NCBI RefSeq assembly: GCF_052425735.1
Contig: NC_135768.1
Span: 19,406,001-19,470,000 of the forward strand
Source: Oculina patagonica
Taxonomy: Eukaryota
Reading direction: 5' to 3'
Length of the DNA stretch: 64,000 nt
This document shows positions 1 through 27,497 of this stretch, piece after piece. Under the pieces are notes generated by a model, which was not told the DNA's origin, searched no databases, and saw only the letters and a list, made by a program, of their open reading frames with translations. Positions within the stretch are counted from its first letter, which is position 1. Every line of letters begins with the position of its first letter. Both the position numbers and the translations under genes were made by a program.

Positions 1-182
1 GTTATTTTAAATTTTGAATCCATCTCTGTGAGATAGGGAAGTTCTTGGGTTTCATTTCCACCGTTTCACCAGATATTCTACGGAAAGTTACTTGGTCGTG
101 AATAAATTTCTTGCAGAAGTTTATCTTGTAAAGAAAGCAGCTTTTGATGCCATCGATAAATTCACGCCGGCCGTTTGTTGAA

Positions 183-13070
<12,888 letters not shown>

Positions 13071-13570
13071 ATAGAGTGCAGTGATTAGCTTTGAATTTCT
13101 TCGCCGTAAATAAAAATGTTTGGGTCACATAATCAGCACTAGAACATCGTAGATTTTGGAGATCAGCGCTCCGTTATAAAGAAACTATTTGCTGAGGAAT
13201 CAAAACAGAAACGAAGATTGCCATCTTGTTTCTTTCTTTGACCAGCCGGGCCTTCTTATTGGACCGAGGAAGATTGGAAACGAAACATGTTTGCTATTGA
13301 TACTTCATGTACGAAGTCGTATAGTGTCTCTGGCGGGGAAAAACAAGGAAGCCTTCGGTTCATATCGAAAGCATGGCGCCTTTGGAAGAAATGTTTTATC
13401 TTCTTGGCCGTTTTTCCTGACGTAAGACATAAGTTCTTCAGTACTACAGAACTTAAAGAGCATCTTAATAGCGTGTTCTTCTTGTAATATGGCTTTTACT
13501 AGAGGAGAAGATTGAAAGAGTGATGTATTTTGACTCAAATGTACAAAATTCTTGCTGTTGACAATTCAAC
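13071..13570. promoter_or_regulatory. Putative bidirectional promoter shared by BECN1 and AP4B1
   Basis: The start codons diverge with only 500 bp between them. The interval is CpG-enriched and contains ATTGG boxes, TGGCGGGGAAA and TGACGTAA. Confidence 0.7.
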
Positions 13571-16500
13571 ATGTCGAACAGTCCAACGTCATATTTCAGC
13601 GAATCAAACAAGAAGGGAGAAGTGAGTGAATTAAAGAAAAGTTTACAGTCGGCTGAAGTGCAGCGCGATGCTACTCAGTTCAAGAAAGTCATCCAAAAGG
13701 TGATATCATGTATGACACTAGGCATGGATTTATCCTCTCTGTTTATGGACATGATAAAGGTAAGATCAGGTTCAAGGGTAACCTGCAAGCAGTTGGTTTA
13801 TCATAAAGTTAGGACACAGTGTGAGCCAGTGAGCCATGTGAGCCAGAAATCCCAAATCCCAACAAAAGGGTAACTGCAAGCTACCTAAACTAACTTTAGG
13901 CCAACCAGAGTGCCATTTACATGTAGGCTAACTGGAGTGCTATGTAGGCTAACCAAAGTGTTATTTAGCCTAACTGAAATGGCTCGCTGGCTCACAGATT
14001 GTCCGGATCACCTTTCTCATATTACATAAGTTACATGTACGCTGTGAGCAAGAGAGAAGCGCAGCATTTAGCATTTAGCTTAGGAGAAACGAACTGCTCA
14101 CTGGGAAGGTCAAGTTTAGTCGCTGTTGTCCTTTCACTGTGCCTTATGGGTAGTTTTGGCTAAGACATCACTTGGACAAAATCGAACAAAAAATCAATCA
14201 AACCCAATCCAACAACAATCGTTTGATTGGGTTGAGTAATTGACAGAATCAAACATCTACTTTGCTACGAGTTCGATTTTCGAACTAATCAAACACAATC
14301 AAGCACATTTCGATTCGATTTTGTTTGGAATCTGTCTTTTGATACATGTATTAGTAAATAACGCAAGACTAATCAGGGGGACGTTGCGCCGTACAAAATG
14401 TCCACAATATAAACAAACAAAATTGAGTAGAAATGTCGACTGTCTGGTAATGGAACATTTGATTTTGTTCAGTTGACCAAATTTTTTTGTAAGTTTGATT
14501 ATGTTCGATCACCGAACCCAATCGAATGATTGGTGTTGGATTGGGTTCGATTACCAAACGTTCGATTGGATACGCTGAGACAAATAAAGCCGGCCTTATT
14601 TTGATTAACAGATAAAAAGCTTTGACAGCGCTTTGTTCTGTTATAAAACATGCAAGGAAGTGACAAGAGCACAAAAGAAGTGTAGGGTGAAACATCAGCT
14701 GCTCATGTTTCTCCCTACTTCTTGTTTGTAATTTTTTTTAAACTGAATGCCTTGTTTATTTCCTTTAGGCTGGAGCCACTCATGATCTTGTACAGAAGAA
14801 GCTTGTATATCTGTACATCTGTAGTTATGCAGAGTCCAACCCAGAACTGGCTTTATTAACTGTGAACACAATGAGGAAAGACTCACAGGACAGCAGTGCA
14901 ATGGTCAGAGGTCTTGCCCTGAGGAGCATGTGCTCTTTGAGGTAAATCATTCTAAACTTCAAAGTGCTCTCTTTAAGACTTTTCTTCTACTGCGACTGCT
15001 TTTTTGAGGGTTGGTTGGGGGAAGGGGGGGGGGGGATTAGAGAGATTCTTAATCCCTCAAAATAATATTTTTCTTGTGTGCCATTGGTCAAACATGTCAT
15101 ATTATGCAAACTGAGGAATATCATTAGTGGCGAAAGACTCTCACCCTGCCCCCGAGGCCTTTCTCTATCACTTCCTTCATTCTCTCTGTTTTATATAATT
15201 TTCTCTTGTGTGAGCCTTTGCAGAGGTGAGAGTTCCAGATGTACTTACATGTAGCAAAAACTTGGGTCAGTGCTGGTACATAAAAAAAGGAAGTTTATTT
15301 TATTCTGAACCCCATTATGATAAGAAAACGTGTGTTTGTGTAGCATTGTTTACCACTTTTTAATTCCTTTGTATAATTTTCAGTCATAATTTAGAGCAAA
15401 GGGAAACAGAATACGGATAGCTTGCATGGCTCGAACGGCATTCCCTTTCCATTCTCACGGCTACTGAATGACAAACACGCGGCTATCGTGTCAAAGCGGC
15501 AAGTCCTAAGGAACGTTTTCGCGTGAGAGGTCACATATTCATGGACCAGTGGCTGTAATTGTCATTGTGTTACTCAAAGAACATGATTCCCGTCCATTAT
15601 CCAACAATATTTCTCTGGTTGAGTCTTTTTTTTAATTTTCCTTCCTTCTAATCTGCAGGCTGCCAGATCTTGTAGAATATATTGTTGAGCCTCTCCTTGC
15701 TGGTTTAGGAGATAACAGTTCTTATGTGCGCCGCTGTGCAGTTATGGGCTGTGTGAAGTTATACCATCTTATTCCTGATTTTATAGAAGGTACATGTAAG
15801 AAATCTGCTATTCTCTACCCTCTTTATTCCTAACTCCTTTGTTAACATTCTTAGATATTTACCAGCAAAGGGAATAAAAATAATATAACCTGCTATTAAA
15901 AGATGGCCTGGTATTTTTAACCAGTTCCCTGCATTAGCTGGAAAAGCCTCCTGTCCTGATAGCTCAAACCAAAAGTCATTACCCTTAGACTTGCTTCACT
16001 CAATTGTGCAAGTGCTGCAATATTATTTTTCACACTGTTTTCTTGAACTCCCAATTTATCAAACAAATTTTTGTTTCCCTGAGAGGTTCGAGATATACAC
16101 GTAGGAGTTCCACTTTATATGTCCTTGTTGTTTTATTCACTTGCCACACTTTGCGCCAGCTGGCACGATGAGGATGAGATCAGATGACCTTCTTAACACA
16201 TGTACTTGAGTAGAGCAGGATAATAAACTCATAACATGCAATGTAGCATTCAAAGCCCAGTGAAAACAGTTTTAAAGACTGAATAGGAAACTTGAACTTT
16301 CCCTACTTGTACCACAACAGATAATGGAATCATAGAGAAGCTTTGCAGACTGTTGGCAGACCCAGATGTTCAGGTTTGTAACTTACTGTCAGTGATTTAT
16401 GTCGACTGTGACTTGTCAAAAAATTGGTATTTATTAAGCAGTCAGACAATCAAGAAAATCTAACAAAAAGCAGTTTACTCACTGTCATTTCTGTTTGTGT

Positions 16501-19500
16501 TCATTTGGCAGTGAATTAGTTTAATTTGTATTTAACCTTTTTCGATTTGACATTATCTCTATACATTTAGGTTGTGTGCAACTGCATTTCAGCTTTGGAT
16601 GAAATCCTTGCAGCTGAAGGTGGACTACCAGTGAATCAGAAGCTTGCCCATAACTTATTGAGAAGGTACGGCAACAAACTGACCTAACGAACAAATTGAG
16701 CTACAGCACAGTAACCATTCAGATTGTTAAATTACATGTCTCCTTTTCAGTAACACAATAATAGTAGTTTGACTGTGTCTTTTTTTCACTTTAAATTTGG
16801 ATAATAAATTTTTAAGATGTGTTGTATGTTCCCCCAAATGCCCTTAAAAGCAAGAGCTGCCATCATCATCTATGTTCAACCAAAAATGATTGAACATTAT
16901 TGATATTAAGAACAAATTTATAATTAATTGTTTGTTGATATTTTTATTCTTTGCAAAGTGAGGACTGGTCAGCAGGACTCGCAACTAACTTTTTAACTTA
17001 CTGACAACTCAGATTTAACTAGCTAGCAAAAAGTATATTTTTCAGTCACTAGTTCAGATATTTTGACTTCTATTAAGAACTGCTGACTGTTCTGAGTTTT
17101 TCACTAGCCAAACGGGCTAGGAGGAATGCTAAACCTGGTAGCCAAAGCCTAAACTTTACTTTCTAGTCTTTGGCTAGTTGGCTACCATTTGTCTCGAGCC
17201 CTGGATAAGATGACAGACATGTACTTACAATACTGCTTCTTATACACAACTGGAAGCCATACCAGCCTGAACCACACAGTCTGACCTTTACTAACTACAA
17301 ATGCAACAAAACACAACTGGACAAACTACCGGTATTCCAGGGGGAAAGCACAAAAAAACACTGCAACTGATGACTGATTACAAAACGTCCAATCACAAAA
17401 AAATTCACAACCCAACAAGGACCTTAAGTTATAAGAATCAATGTAAAATGAGATTAACTAACTAAAGAAAGCTGTACAGTGTATCAACAAATATGTTTAT
17501 TTGCAACTGAGTTTGTCAGAATTACGTTTAGTGATAGTGAAAAAGAGGAGTCCACAATGTGATGTCATTCATTCATATTTACACTTTATTTATCAGATTA
17601 AAGGCCTTTAGTGGCTGGGGACAGAGTATGATCATGGAACTACTGTTACGTTATAAACCAGTTGATACAGATGAGTTGTTTGACATCCTGGTAAGTCTAC
17701 AACTTTGATATATCACAGTGGAATCCCGATTTCATCGGCCTCCAAGGGAAATAAAAATATTGATTTGAGAAATTGGGGAGTTTGAGAAAGGAGGCAGAGG
17801 CGGGGGAGGGGGGGGGGGTGGAGGTAGGTAAAGTGCAGTGTTTGACTGAGCGAAGGGAAATAATTTTTGTCATTTGTGACCAGGATTGAGTACAACTACA
17901 AATTTGCCAAATTTAATGGATTGATTTTTTTTGTTTCAGTTTCAAAATTTACAAATTTTACAATTATTTTATGATTATTTTGTAGAACCTGCTGGATGAT
18001 CGCTTGAAGCACCCTAACAGTGCTGTTGTGATGGCTTGTATACAACTGTTTATCCACATGACTAAAGACATGGAGGAATTAACTGAACATGTCTACAAGA
18101 GAGTTAAAGGTACATTGATTGAATTTTTTACAATTTTAAAGGGGCTAGGTCATGGTATTTTAGGAAATTCTTTTTTATTTTTGTTAATTATGAGTTAAAT
18201 TGGCAGGGCGAAAGTTGTTAATTTGCAAAATCACGGCCACTTAACAAACAGGGATGATTTCCAAACATTACAAGTGAGATGAATTTGAAAAAAGTTGGGC
18301 CAATGTAGCTTACCCAATTGCAATCTATTTTAACCTTGTCTCCCTTCTTGGCTTTTCTGTGTTTCTTCTGATATTTCAGTTGATTCAATGACCAGCTGAA
18401 CAGTACTGAAATTGGCTAAAATGGCCTGACATATGGCCCATTTAATTAAAAAGAAACATGAACTGAGAATGAGCCATGTTATTTTTATTATAAAAGTATT
18501 TTAATTTATTTTTAATTTGTCCTAATAATACAGATTCTTTAATTCTAAACAAAGAAACTCTTTAGTAATCGTATACTATTTTCTCTTCATCAGCTGATAA
18601 GAGAATAGTTGCTACATTTATGGCTGATGTATTTTTCACAGGCCCTCTGATGACAATTCTGTCTTCAAGTAACTCTGAGTTGGTGTACGTGTGTCTGTGC
18701 CACATAGAACTACTGCTAACTAAAATGCCAAAGTTGTTTGATCAGGAATACCGTTCATTTTTCTCCAGGTGAGACCTTAGTTGCGACACTGGAATGATTT
18801 GTATTGTTGGTTGATTATAAAACAAATGACAATTTAATCGTTATTACATCTTTAAGCCCCAATCAGTCCATACATTTCTTAGAACCAGTTTAGACAATGA
18901 ATACAAGTTTTTCCTGGCTTACAACTATTACTTGCAACATGCTTCTGACACCAGCCTGTATCATCTTATTCGAACCTGTAGCTTGCTTAAGACTGTTTTT
19001 TAGTTGTGTGTGTGTGTTTACAAAGTTGACTCAAACACTTGTAAATGGGACACAAAACAGTCATTATGTTACACATGGCAAAATGTTACACATAGCAGTT
19101 GTGAACCAAAAAAAAACATTATTGTACTGCAGTCTGAATCAGCCCTTGTACATGTATTTAGTAATATGATTGGGAGATTGTCTGTTGAAATCACCACAAT
19201 TTCCCTTGGGTGGTCAATTTCTTGATTCTTATGATTTTCATGGTACCAGTAATTATGTTGATGTGCTGTTATCACAAGTAGAAATAAATGTAGATGAAAA
19301 TTATTAGGTCCATTTTCAATATCATTAAAATATAATAATTGTGTTTATTTTTCAAGGCATACTGATCCACAATATATTAAGACCAAAAAGCTTGAGATCC
19401 TCACAACTATTGCATCAGTTTCTAATGTTGAAGAAGTTGTCACTGAATTAAGGTGCGTGGTAAGCATGGATACAGTAATAATAACTTATACATCAATTGT

Positions 19501-22500
19501 TACATGCGGTTTTCCACTGAAATTGCTGTTTTTTGCAGTTTATAAAAATTAGGTTTCCATGTTACTTTAGTGGTATAGGAGGGACCGATTTTGGGGGGTG
19601 GAATCTTATTAGAGTAAGGAGGAATAAATTAACTTGGTAAGGTCATAATCTAAAATGCTGTGGATTTAATTACCTTCAATTGTTGAAGAAGTCATTATTG
19701 TTTTCAAACAATAGTTTTATACTAGATACGCTTGAGTGAACTAGGTGATAAAAAGTGCTAAAAAATTAGTCCTTAGCAAAAACTTTTGTAAAATTATATC
19801 TCCTCCTTCTCCACAACCACCACCACAACAAGTTTATTGTTCACTTCCTCCCTCTCCACAATTCCACCTCACATCAGCCCTATATCGGTCTCACATCAGC
19901 CCCACATCGGCCTCACCGGCATAATCGGTCTTTCCTATCCTACTTAATTACTTCATCTTCAAGCTGGAAACAACAGCACAAAAAAGTGTTGTGATTATTA
20001 TTCTTGCTACAAATAAAATTCTTTTAACTCTACAGTGCCCATGTTCATGACGTAGACATTAAGATGTCCAAGAAATCAATCAAAGCCATTGGTGAAATTG
20101 CCATGTGTCTGTCTGAAGCATCAGAGTATTGTATTGATGTACTTCTCACATTTCTCTCCTGGGAAATTGAGTACATTACTTCACAGACCCTGGTCGTCAT
20201 TAGAGGTAGGTGGATCAGCTAGACAATTTTTAGTGACAGTTGTAAGTTTTTCAAGTGGAAGGTGTGCTCTTTAGCTGATTATTTGTTGCACACCACACTT
20301 TAAACCAATCTAAAGCAACCACAAGACACTATATGGCCTGATATTGATCTCAGTAGAGCTACATGTATCAGGGATAAACTATCCATCTGTTGCATGATTT
20401 TTTATTTTATAAAGGCTGGGAAATAGGAACTTGGGTAGGTTCCAAAGCCCTAACTAGTTTCTTGACAAGTACCTACCTGTAGCTAAAACATTTTCACCAG
20501 TTTCAAATCTTTTTGTTGTTGCAGACTTGTTGCTTAAGTATGAAAAGTCAACCATCGCTGTTCTGCCACAAATGGCACAATGTCTTGAAATAGTACAGGA
20601 TCCTAAGGGTTTATCCGCTATCATTTGGATTCTGGGAGAGTATGGACAGGTACTATATAACAGTGGTTTATGTCCACCGTAAAGAAGATGCTAAGAAAGT
20701 CACACAAGAAATCATTGACACTGATGAGGGTTGCAAAGGGTTTATGCATGACACGTGAAAAGGGCAAAACTTATACCGTGACATGTGAAAATAGGGCAAA
20801 AATTGTACTGTGATGCATGAAAATGGCTAGAAAAGACACATGATTTGTGAATTCTGCTGTTTTAAGTGTAAGTGACACGTGAATTCAGTTAACATTTGTG
20901 CGTGAAACGGGATCACGATACCCCTTTTGCTACCCTCACAGACTGTATTAGATAATCGTTATTTGAAAATGCCAATTAAGACTGGTAATTAAGGTGTTCT
21001 GTAGGCTCACTGTAATATGATTGTGGGCCACATGATGTTTTTTTATTTCAGTGTTATAAAAGTTTATGTTGTATAATATCATTCATATTTAATTTTATAA
21101 AAGGGAATGATACATCTTTAGGTAAACTGTAAGTATTTAACATTAACTTTTTGTGTATCATTAATTTTAGTATCTTCCAGTGAGTGAAATCAATGGAGTT
21201 TTGTACATTTTATAACAGGGTGCAAAGAAATTGAATTTTCCAGCTTACCCTTTAGGCAAGCTGTAGCCAGGACGCACTGGCCCAAAAGTCACACTTCGCT
21301 AGTCGAAATGCTCCTTATAAGCATGACTAATTTCCTCAGAAATTTTCCCTGAATACTTTCACTTGCCCGTCGGACAAGTGAAGGATACAATCCACTAGCC
21401 TGACTTCAAAATCCACTAGCCCTGGGCTATCGGACATGCACTTCTTTGCACCCTGTAAAAGAAACTCTCACTGATTGATTAATAAATAGTTAGAACTTAA
21501 TTAGTAAATACTTAGCAGTTCTTGTATTTGTCATCAGTCAATTCCTGACAGTCCTTACATGTTGGAACCTCTGGTGAACAAAGTTGCCTCAGAGCAATCA
21601 GCAGAAGTCAAGTTACAGCTCCTTACTGCAACAATGAAGCTATTTTTCAAGAAACCACCTGAATGTCAAGACATGCTGGGTCGTCTTCTCAAGTTCTGTG
21701 TAGGTGAGTTTCACACAGTTGGCACAGCCTTCCTACTCTTCGGTTCTTCAGATGACATCAGTTTACCTACAGCTGTAGTTACAAGCCACTTGCAGTGTAG
21801 TTACAGAGTCCCCTATACTTTTTACATGAAGCGTGATTGAGGCTATTTATTTGCTGTGAAACGCGATTTGGGCTTTTATTTATTCGTGATTCGTGATTCC
21901 CAATTTTAAGATCTTTTTACGTGTGCATGAACGCAATTTTTAGCTTAAACGTGACCTGTGAACGGAGAGTTTCAAGAATTAGACATGAACCGTGAAATTA
22001 TCATCTTTTTCGTGACTTCATTTCTGTTGTTTTTTTAGGTAAGTTCTAGTAAACGTACATCTTTGTTTTAGCTCTGTGATTGGATTGGAACTTTTGTCAG
22101 CTATTTTGTCATGTGTATGATCTTGACAGGCACAATATCCGGTCTTACACCTTCCGAGCATAACAGTCTAAACAGGGATCGCAATGATTTTTCCTTGAAG
22201 GTGGAAACATTTTTAGAATTTTTTGTGATGCGTGAAAAGCCAAATATCTTTACGTGATTCCATTTCGCAGAGAGGTATAGGGGACCCTGTAGGTAAATTA
22301 CAAGGGTTTTAATAAAATTTGAAGTAGGCTACAGAGCTGGTTTGAGTAGAGTACGTAATCGACTGTTTGAGAGAGTCTATTTTTAATTAGTTCAATTTTA
22401 CGAAAAAAGGTAGCCGACTTCTCTGAGCAAAGTAGAGCAAAGAAGGCAATGCTATTCATAAGCCATTGGTAATTGTTGAAAGCAATGAAATTAAGTAAAC

Positions 22501-25500
22501 ATAATGTTGTTGTTGTGCACAGTCAGCAGTATTTGAAGGGCCCCTTGAAATATATTTGCCACCTTAATTGTACGTGTAATTGATAAATATATGAGCATGA
22601 TCAGTCAACATAATTTTGTGATAATTACAGCACAACTCATTTGTTATCTCCAGATGAAGAATCTCACATGGATGTACATGACAGAGCTCTGTTATATTAC
22701 AGACTCCTAAAAACTAATCCAAAAGAGGTAATGACACAAAGCCATTTATTTATTTACAAGGAACTTTGTACTGCTGATAAAAGTGATATATCTTAAGGTG
22801 AGCTAGTGACACACTAGCTTTGGATTATTTGACTTGTTGAATGATTAATTGACCGATGGATGGTCAGACTGATTGATTGATATCTGGCTGGCTCTTTGAC
22901 TTACTGACTGACTGATTGATGGATCAATTGGTTAGTTAGTCAGTCCACTAATGACTGACTGACTTACTGGCTGACTGACTGATTCAGATTGATTGATTGG
23001 CTGATTTACTGATGAGTTACTGACATACTGACTGAATGATTAGTTGTTGTCGGTTTGATTGATTTTCATTGATTGGCTTGCCAAAAAGTCGACAAAAGTT
23101 ATTGAACAATTTGTTCATTCATTGTTCATGAATTTCATTCATTCATTCATCTGCCCATTTGTTTTATGTCGTTCTTTTTAATTAACAGGCTGAGAGAGTT
23201 GTTTGTGGTTCAAGTTACAAGCCAGTCACAAATCTACTGCACTTGAATACTAGCACCCCAAGTTCAAAGGTACAACCTACAACTTTAAATCTGTTTGTAA
23301 TAATATTATAACGATTAAATTACCACTGTTAGTTTTAGTTTATTTTGTTTTTGTGTTTTATTAGTGTGTTCAAGGGGCACAATTTTCAATGGAGATACAT
23401 GAAAGTGTTACCTTTCCTGTCAGAAGTGGTATATAAAGCTTTAAGGCCAAACATTAAAGCACAGTTAATGGAGCGAGACACTTGTGCCCCCCGCCTCGGG
23501 TTGTTACTGTTTATTTTGATTGTGTAATGTAACATCTGTATGTCTTTCTTGTCTCGAAAGGACAATGATTACAATGGCCGTTTAGGTACAAATGTTGTAT
23601 CACTGTCTAGCACAATTATATCATGCATATGGCTAGTCTTTTAAATAACTCTATTCATGTCTCGTTTAAGCCTGTATGAGATCCTTACTTTCTATGGTAC
23701 ACTATTTGCCTTTGGCCTAAATCCAGACAACTGACAGTGTCTGGCTGTAAAAGTTTATAGAATGAACTTTAACATCATTCGCTAGTTTTATCGCTTGTGT
23801 TACTGTAACTTAGTTCGAAATTTGTAAATCTTACCCTCACTCTATATTAAAGGGTAAGGGTTTAAAGTAGACCCCCACCCCCACGCCAGATTAAACAACC
23901 AGCCAGGGCACATTTAATATTTTCAAAGATAATATTATTTTTAACAGTACATAATTATTAACTGTTTTTATAGGAACCCCTCTTCGAAGAATTCAACTCA
24001 TTGTCAGTAATTTATGGACAACCATCAGATCACTTCATCAGCCAAACCATACCTTACATCAAAGGACGACCATACACACAAAAAGAAGAGGGTAATATAA
24101 GCTAAATCAACCATTAAACCTACTTGTTAGAATCAGATGTATTTTCTATGCTAGGTTCAATCTTGTTCTTACAGTGCTCATTATAATCTAACAAGCCTGG
24201 TTAAAATCTGTCTGTAAGCCTTTGTGGCTTTATATCAGGGCGGGGTTGTTCAAAAGCCGATTAGCACTAACTCAGGATTAAAACAGACTGAAGTTTATTA
24301 AGGGTTCAATTTTCTTGTATTATAATAATTATAATATTTAAAAAGTCTGTTTTCCTACGTGTTGTTGAGCTTGAGATTGATTAGTCAACATCGAAACTGG
24401 AGAACAGAAAATATTAACAGAGCACTTCACTGAAACGTTAAAAAGCTTAAATCAATCCTGGATTTATCGTGCTTTGAACAACCCAGCCCAGGTTGGTGCT
24501 CAACTCTGGATTGCTTTCAAACGTGGACTGCATACAAGTCCATTGTGGGTACCCCTGAGGTCAAACACGAGACCACGTGGCCTAGCTAACTAACACCCCC
24601 CACCCCCTTCCCCAGCAGTTTTTGTCAGGCTGCCCTGACAGACTTGTTTAAACAATTGTCTTAATTTCTTATTTAGAAGGAGATGAACGAATTCCACACC
24701 AGCAAGGAGAGATTGAAAGAGAAGAACCAAATCGACCTCCTTTGGGTCAGCAAGTTACTGTTGGCAACCTGCTGGTAATTTATTTTTGCACCATTCAACA
24801 CAATGCAAAAACATGATGGTTGGGATAATTAGTACTTTTTTGCAGTCAGAAACTTATTTACTGAGTGTGTAAAATCAAGGTCCCGGTTTTTGTCAGAAAT
24901 GTGGCTGAGTCAGCCTTTTGACATTATTATTTTATCCAGCATCATAGACCCACAGTGCGCACAGAGAGGTTAATACCGGTAATATCATTTATGGTGTCAC
25001 TTGTCCACAGGCACCATGCCTGGATTCTGGCATGGGTACTTAAAAAAAGGTGTGTTCACCCAAACACCAAATGTGAACATAACGACCTAACCCCCTTCCA
25101 AATTTAAGCCCATGGGCTTACTTGTGGAACTGGATGGTACTTGCATGAGGTTTAGATGAATAAAAATAGGATGTAAACTGGAGGATTTATGTACTACAGT
25201 AAAAACCCGCGTATAAGAACCTAACATTTAAGAACCTGTTAGGCTAAAATTTCATTTTTAAGCACCCTTCACATAAGAACCGTTTTAGGCTAAAATTCTA
25301 AAACAGGTTCTTATTTTCAAAAAAGAAAAAAATAATCTTCTCAAAAATATATAATTAAAAAATCTTCTCAAAAATATATTTATTACACAGTCTGCTTTTA
25401 AAGAGGAACTTTGACATTTTATCATGTTATGTTGTTTTGTATACAAGATTTATTTGGGAATTATAGTGAAGGTTACAGTATAGGTTTGATTTTAACAGAA

Positions 25501-27497
25501 TCAGATTAAAATAGTATAGTATTTTGCTTACCGAAGCTTCCAAGAATACTGTTATTGGACATTAAAGACCAGATCATTTAAAAATTCTACTTTATTTCTT
25601 GAACAAAAGTTAAGAACCTAATTAAGAACCTAGTTAGCCTAATTTTACACTAAATACCATTTATATAAGAACCTGTTTAGGCTAACTTGAAAAAACCTAG
25701 GTTCTTATACGCGGGTTTTTACTGTATTAAGAATACTTGTGTTGATTCCAAGGGAGAAGATGTTGGCAATGAACAACAAAATGAGGAACAGGAAGAAGAA
25801 GACTTCCTTGAATTGAGTGATCATCCAGCCCTGACGCCTGCCCAGTTTGAGCAGAAGTGGAAATCCCTTCCACAAAGGTAAGTTATAAAATTGTGTCATT
25901 AAATCAAGTTAAATCACTTGGTCTATAGGGCTACAACTCCACCTTGTGATCAGACTGAGAGTATAAGATTTGATCCCAGGTTGGGTAGATTCAAAGTCCA
26001 GTGTCAACGCAGTTCAGACAATCCCGCTTTATGGTGCTTTTTGGGTTGTTCTTTAGACATCGGAGGGGAGAAAAATGTAAAAGTCGCCAATGCCACAGCT
26101 AATGTCAAATACAATCTTAACAGATTGTGGACCTCTCTAAGTAGCGTTTTGCGGAAATGAGTTTCGTTGAAAGTCCTACGCCATATTATCCACCAAGCAC
26201 GATCCTAATAAAACGATTTGTGACTTGACAAACCACAATTTTATGCTGCACTAGCTATACTTTTGACACTGAAATGTGGGGGGCTACAGCACCCTTCCCC
26301 CTCCCCTCTGGGCTCTGCTGCCCATGATGTAGAAGTGACAAACAAACAAAAATTATACCATGTAATTTGATTTTTCTCTTCCTCTCCCCCCTCCTCACCT
26401 TAAGCCTGGAAAAAAATTAAAATTACACTCACTATCTATCCTGCCCAGCACCCCAAAAAATATGTCTTCCTCTCTATAAGGCTAACTTCTTTTATAACCT
26501 GTTCTACTGGTACTTTTAAATTTATTTAATTATAATTAATTGTCTCAAACTAAATTAATGAAATACCGTGAGATAAATTTTTTTTATTCATTTATTATGT
26601 ATTTTTAATTTAGTTCTTGTTGGGAGGAAGCTATGGCTCATCTTCCATCCACACCTGACGAGCTTCAGCAACATTTCTCAGAAAATGGAGTTGCACTGAT
26701 GGCCAGCAGCCCCCCTGGTCAATCTGTTCAGAGATATTTCTTCTATGCTCAACAGGTACGCACAAAATTTCATAAAAATCCAATCCCCCCCCCCCCGAAA
26801 AAAAAAAATCTAAAATCCTTCAGATAAAAAGCCCTCTCTCTAATATAGCTCTTAAAAGAAAGATGCATGTCTAATCATAAGCTTCTTGTTTTAGATCTAT
26901 TATCGTTTGCTGTTAGTTTTCAGAGACCTGGAATTTTCACATAGCTAGATAGCCCATATATGGGAGTGTCCTTCCCCCCTCCCCGGGTATGCGCCTACTT
27001 GACATAGTATCCTGTCATTAAATGCAAATTTCCATGTGAAGACAAGCTCCTAACCCCTCTCCCCCCCCCTTCCCAGTACTGCATGTACAGTCAACTCTCT
27101 CTAAAACAGACACCTTTGGGACCAGCTCCAGAGCGGCTCTTAAAGGGGTGTCCATCTTATAGGGAGTTTAGTTAGAGATAAATGACTGAAAAAAGCAGGG
27201 ACGGGATCAACACCAGGTGTCCGTCTTATAGAGGTGTCTGTTAACAGAGAGTTGACTGTAGTGAGGGGGTACTTTAGGAAAAAGATGAGGAGGTGCAAGT
27301 AGAGTACTTTAAAACCTGGTGAAAACGTCTTCATCTCTCAACAGGCTTCAGGACAAAGTTTCTTCCTGGTGGAAGCTGTTATTGATGTCACGTCGAAGCA
27401 GCTTAGAATTGTCACCAAAGTAGAGGATTTGTCATTAGTTCAGCAGTTTGACACATATCTCAGAGCTTGTCTTGAAGAATGGATAGAGACCAAATAA
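13571..27497 (+). CDS. AP4B1: AP-4 complex subunit beta-1, 19 coding exons: 13571-13759, 14769-14941, 15659-15789, 16321-16373, 16571-16665, 17597-17690, 17986-18109, 18642-18768, 19357-19452, 20036-20205, 20525-20649, 21538-21703, 22654-22727, 23189-23269, 23974-24091, 24677-24774, 25753-25877, 26614-26755, 27345-27497; 2334 nt, 777 aa
   Basis: GT-AG exons in consistent phase. Beta-adaptin motifs [92 protein letters not shown] and [12 protein letters not shown], plus a short beta-4-type ear ([10 protein letters not shown]). Confidence 0.93.
21216..21455. mobile_element. hAT-like MITE in AP4B1 intron
   Basis: TIR cagggtgcaaagaa / ttctttgcaccctg; flanks tataa / taaaa. Confidence 0.6.
22845..23150. 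repeat. Degenerate tetranucleotide microsatellite (GATT/GACT/TTCA)n
   Basis: Runs such as gattgattga, actgactgactg and ttcattcattca. Confidence 0.75.
25197..25724. mobile_element. Tc1/mariner (pogo-type) MITE, 528 bp
   Basis: Perfect TIR cagtaaaaacccgcgtataagaaccta with TA on both sides; internal taagaacc repeats. Confidence 0.85.
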
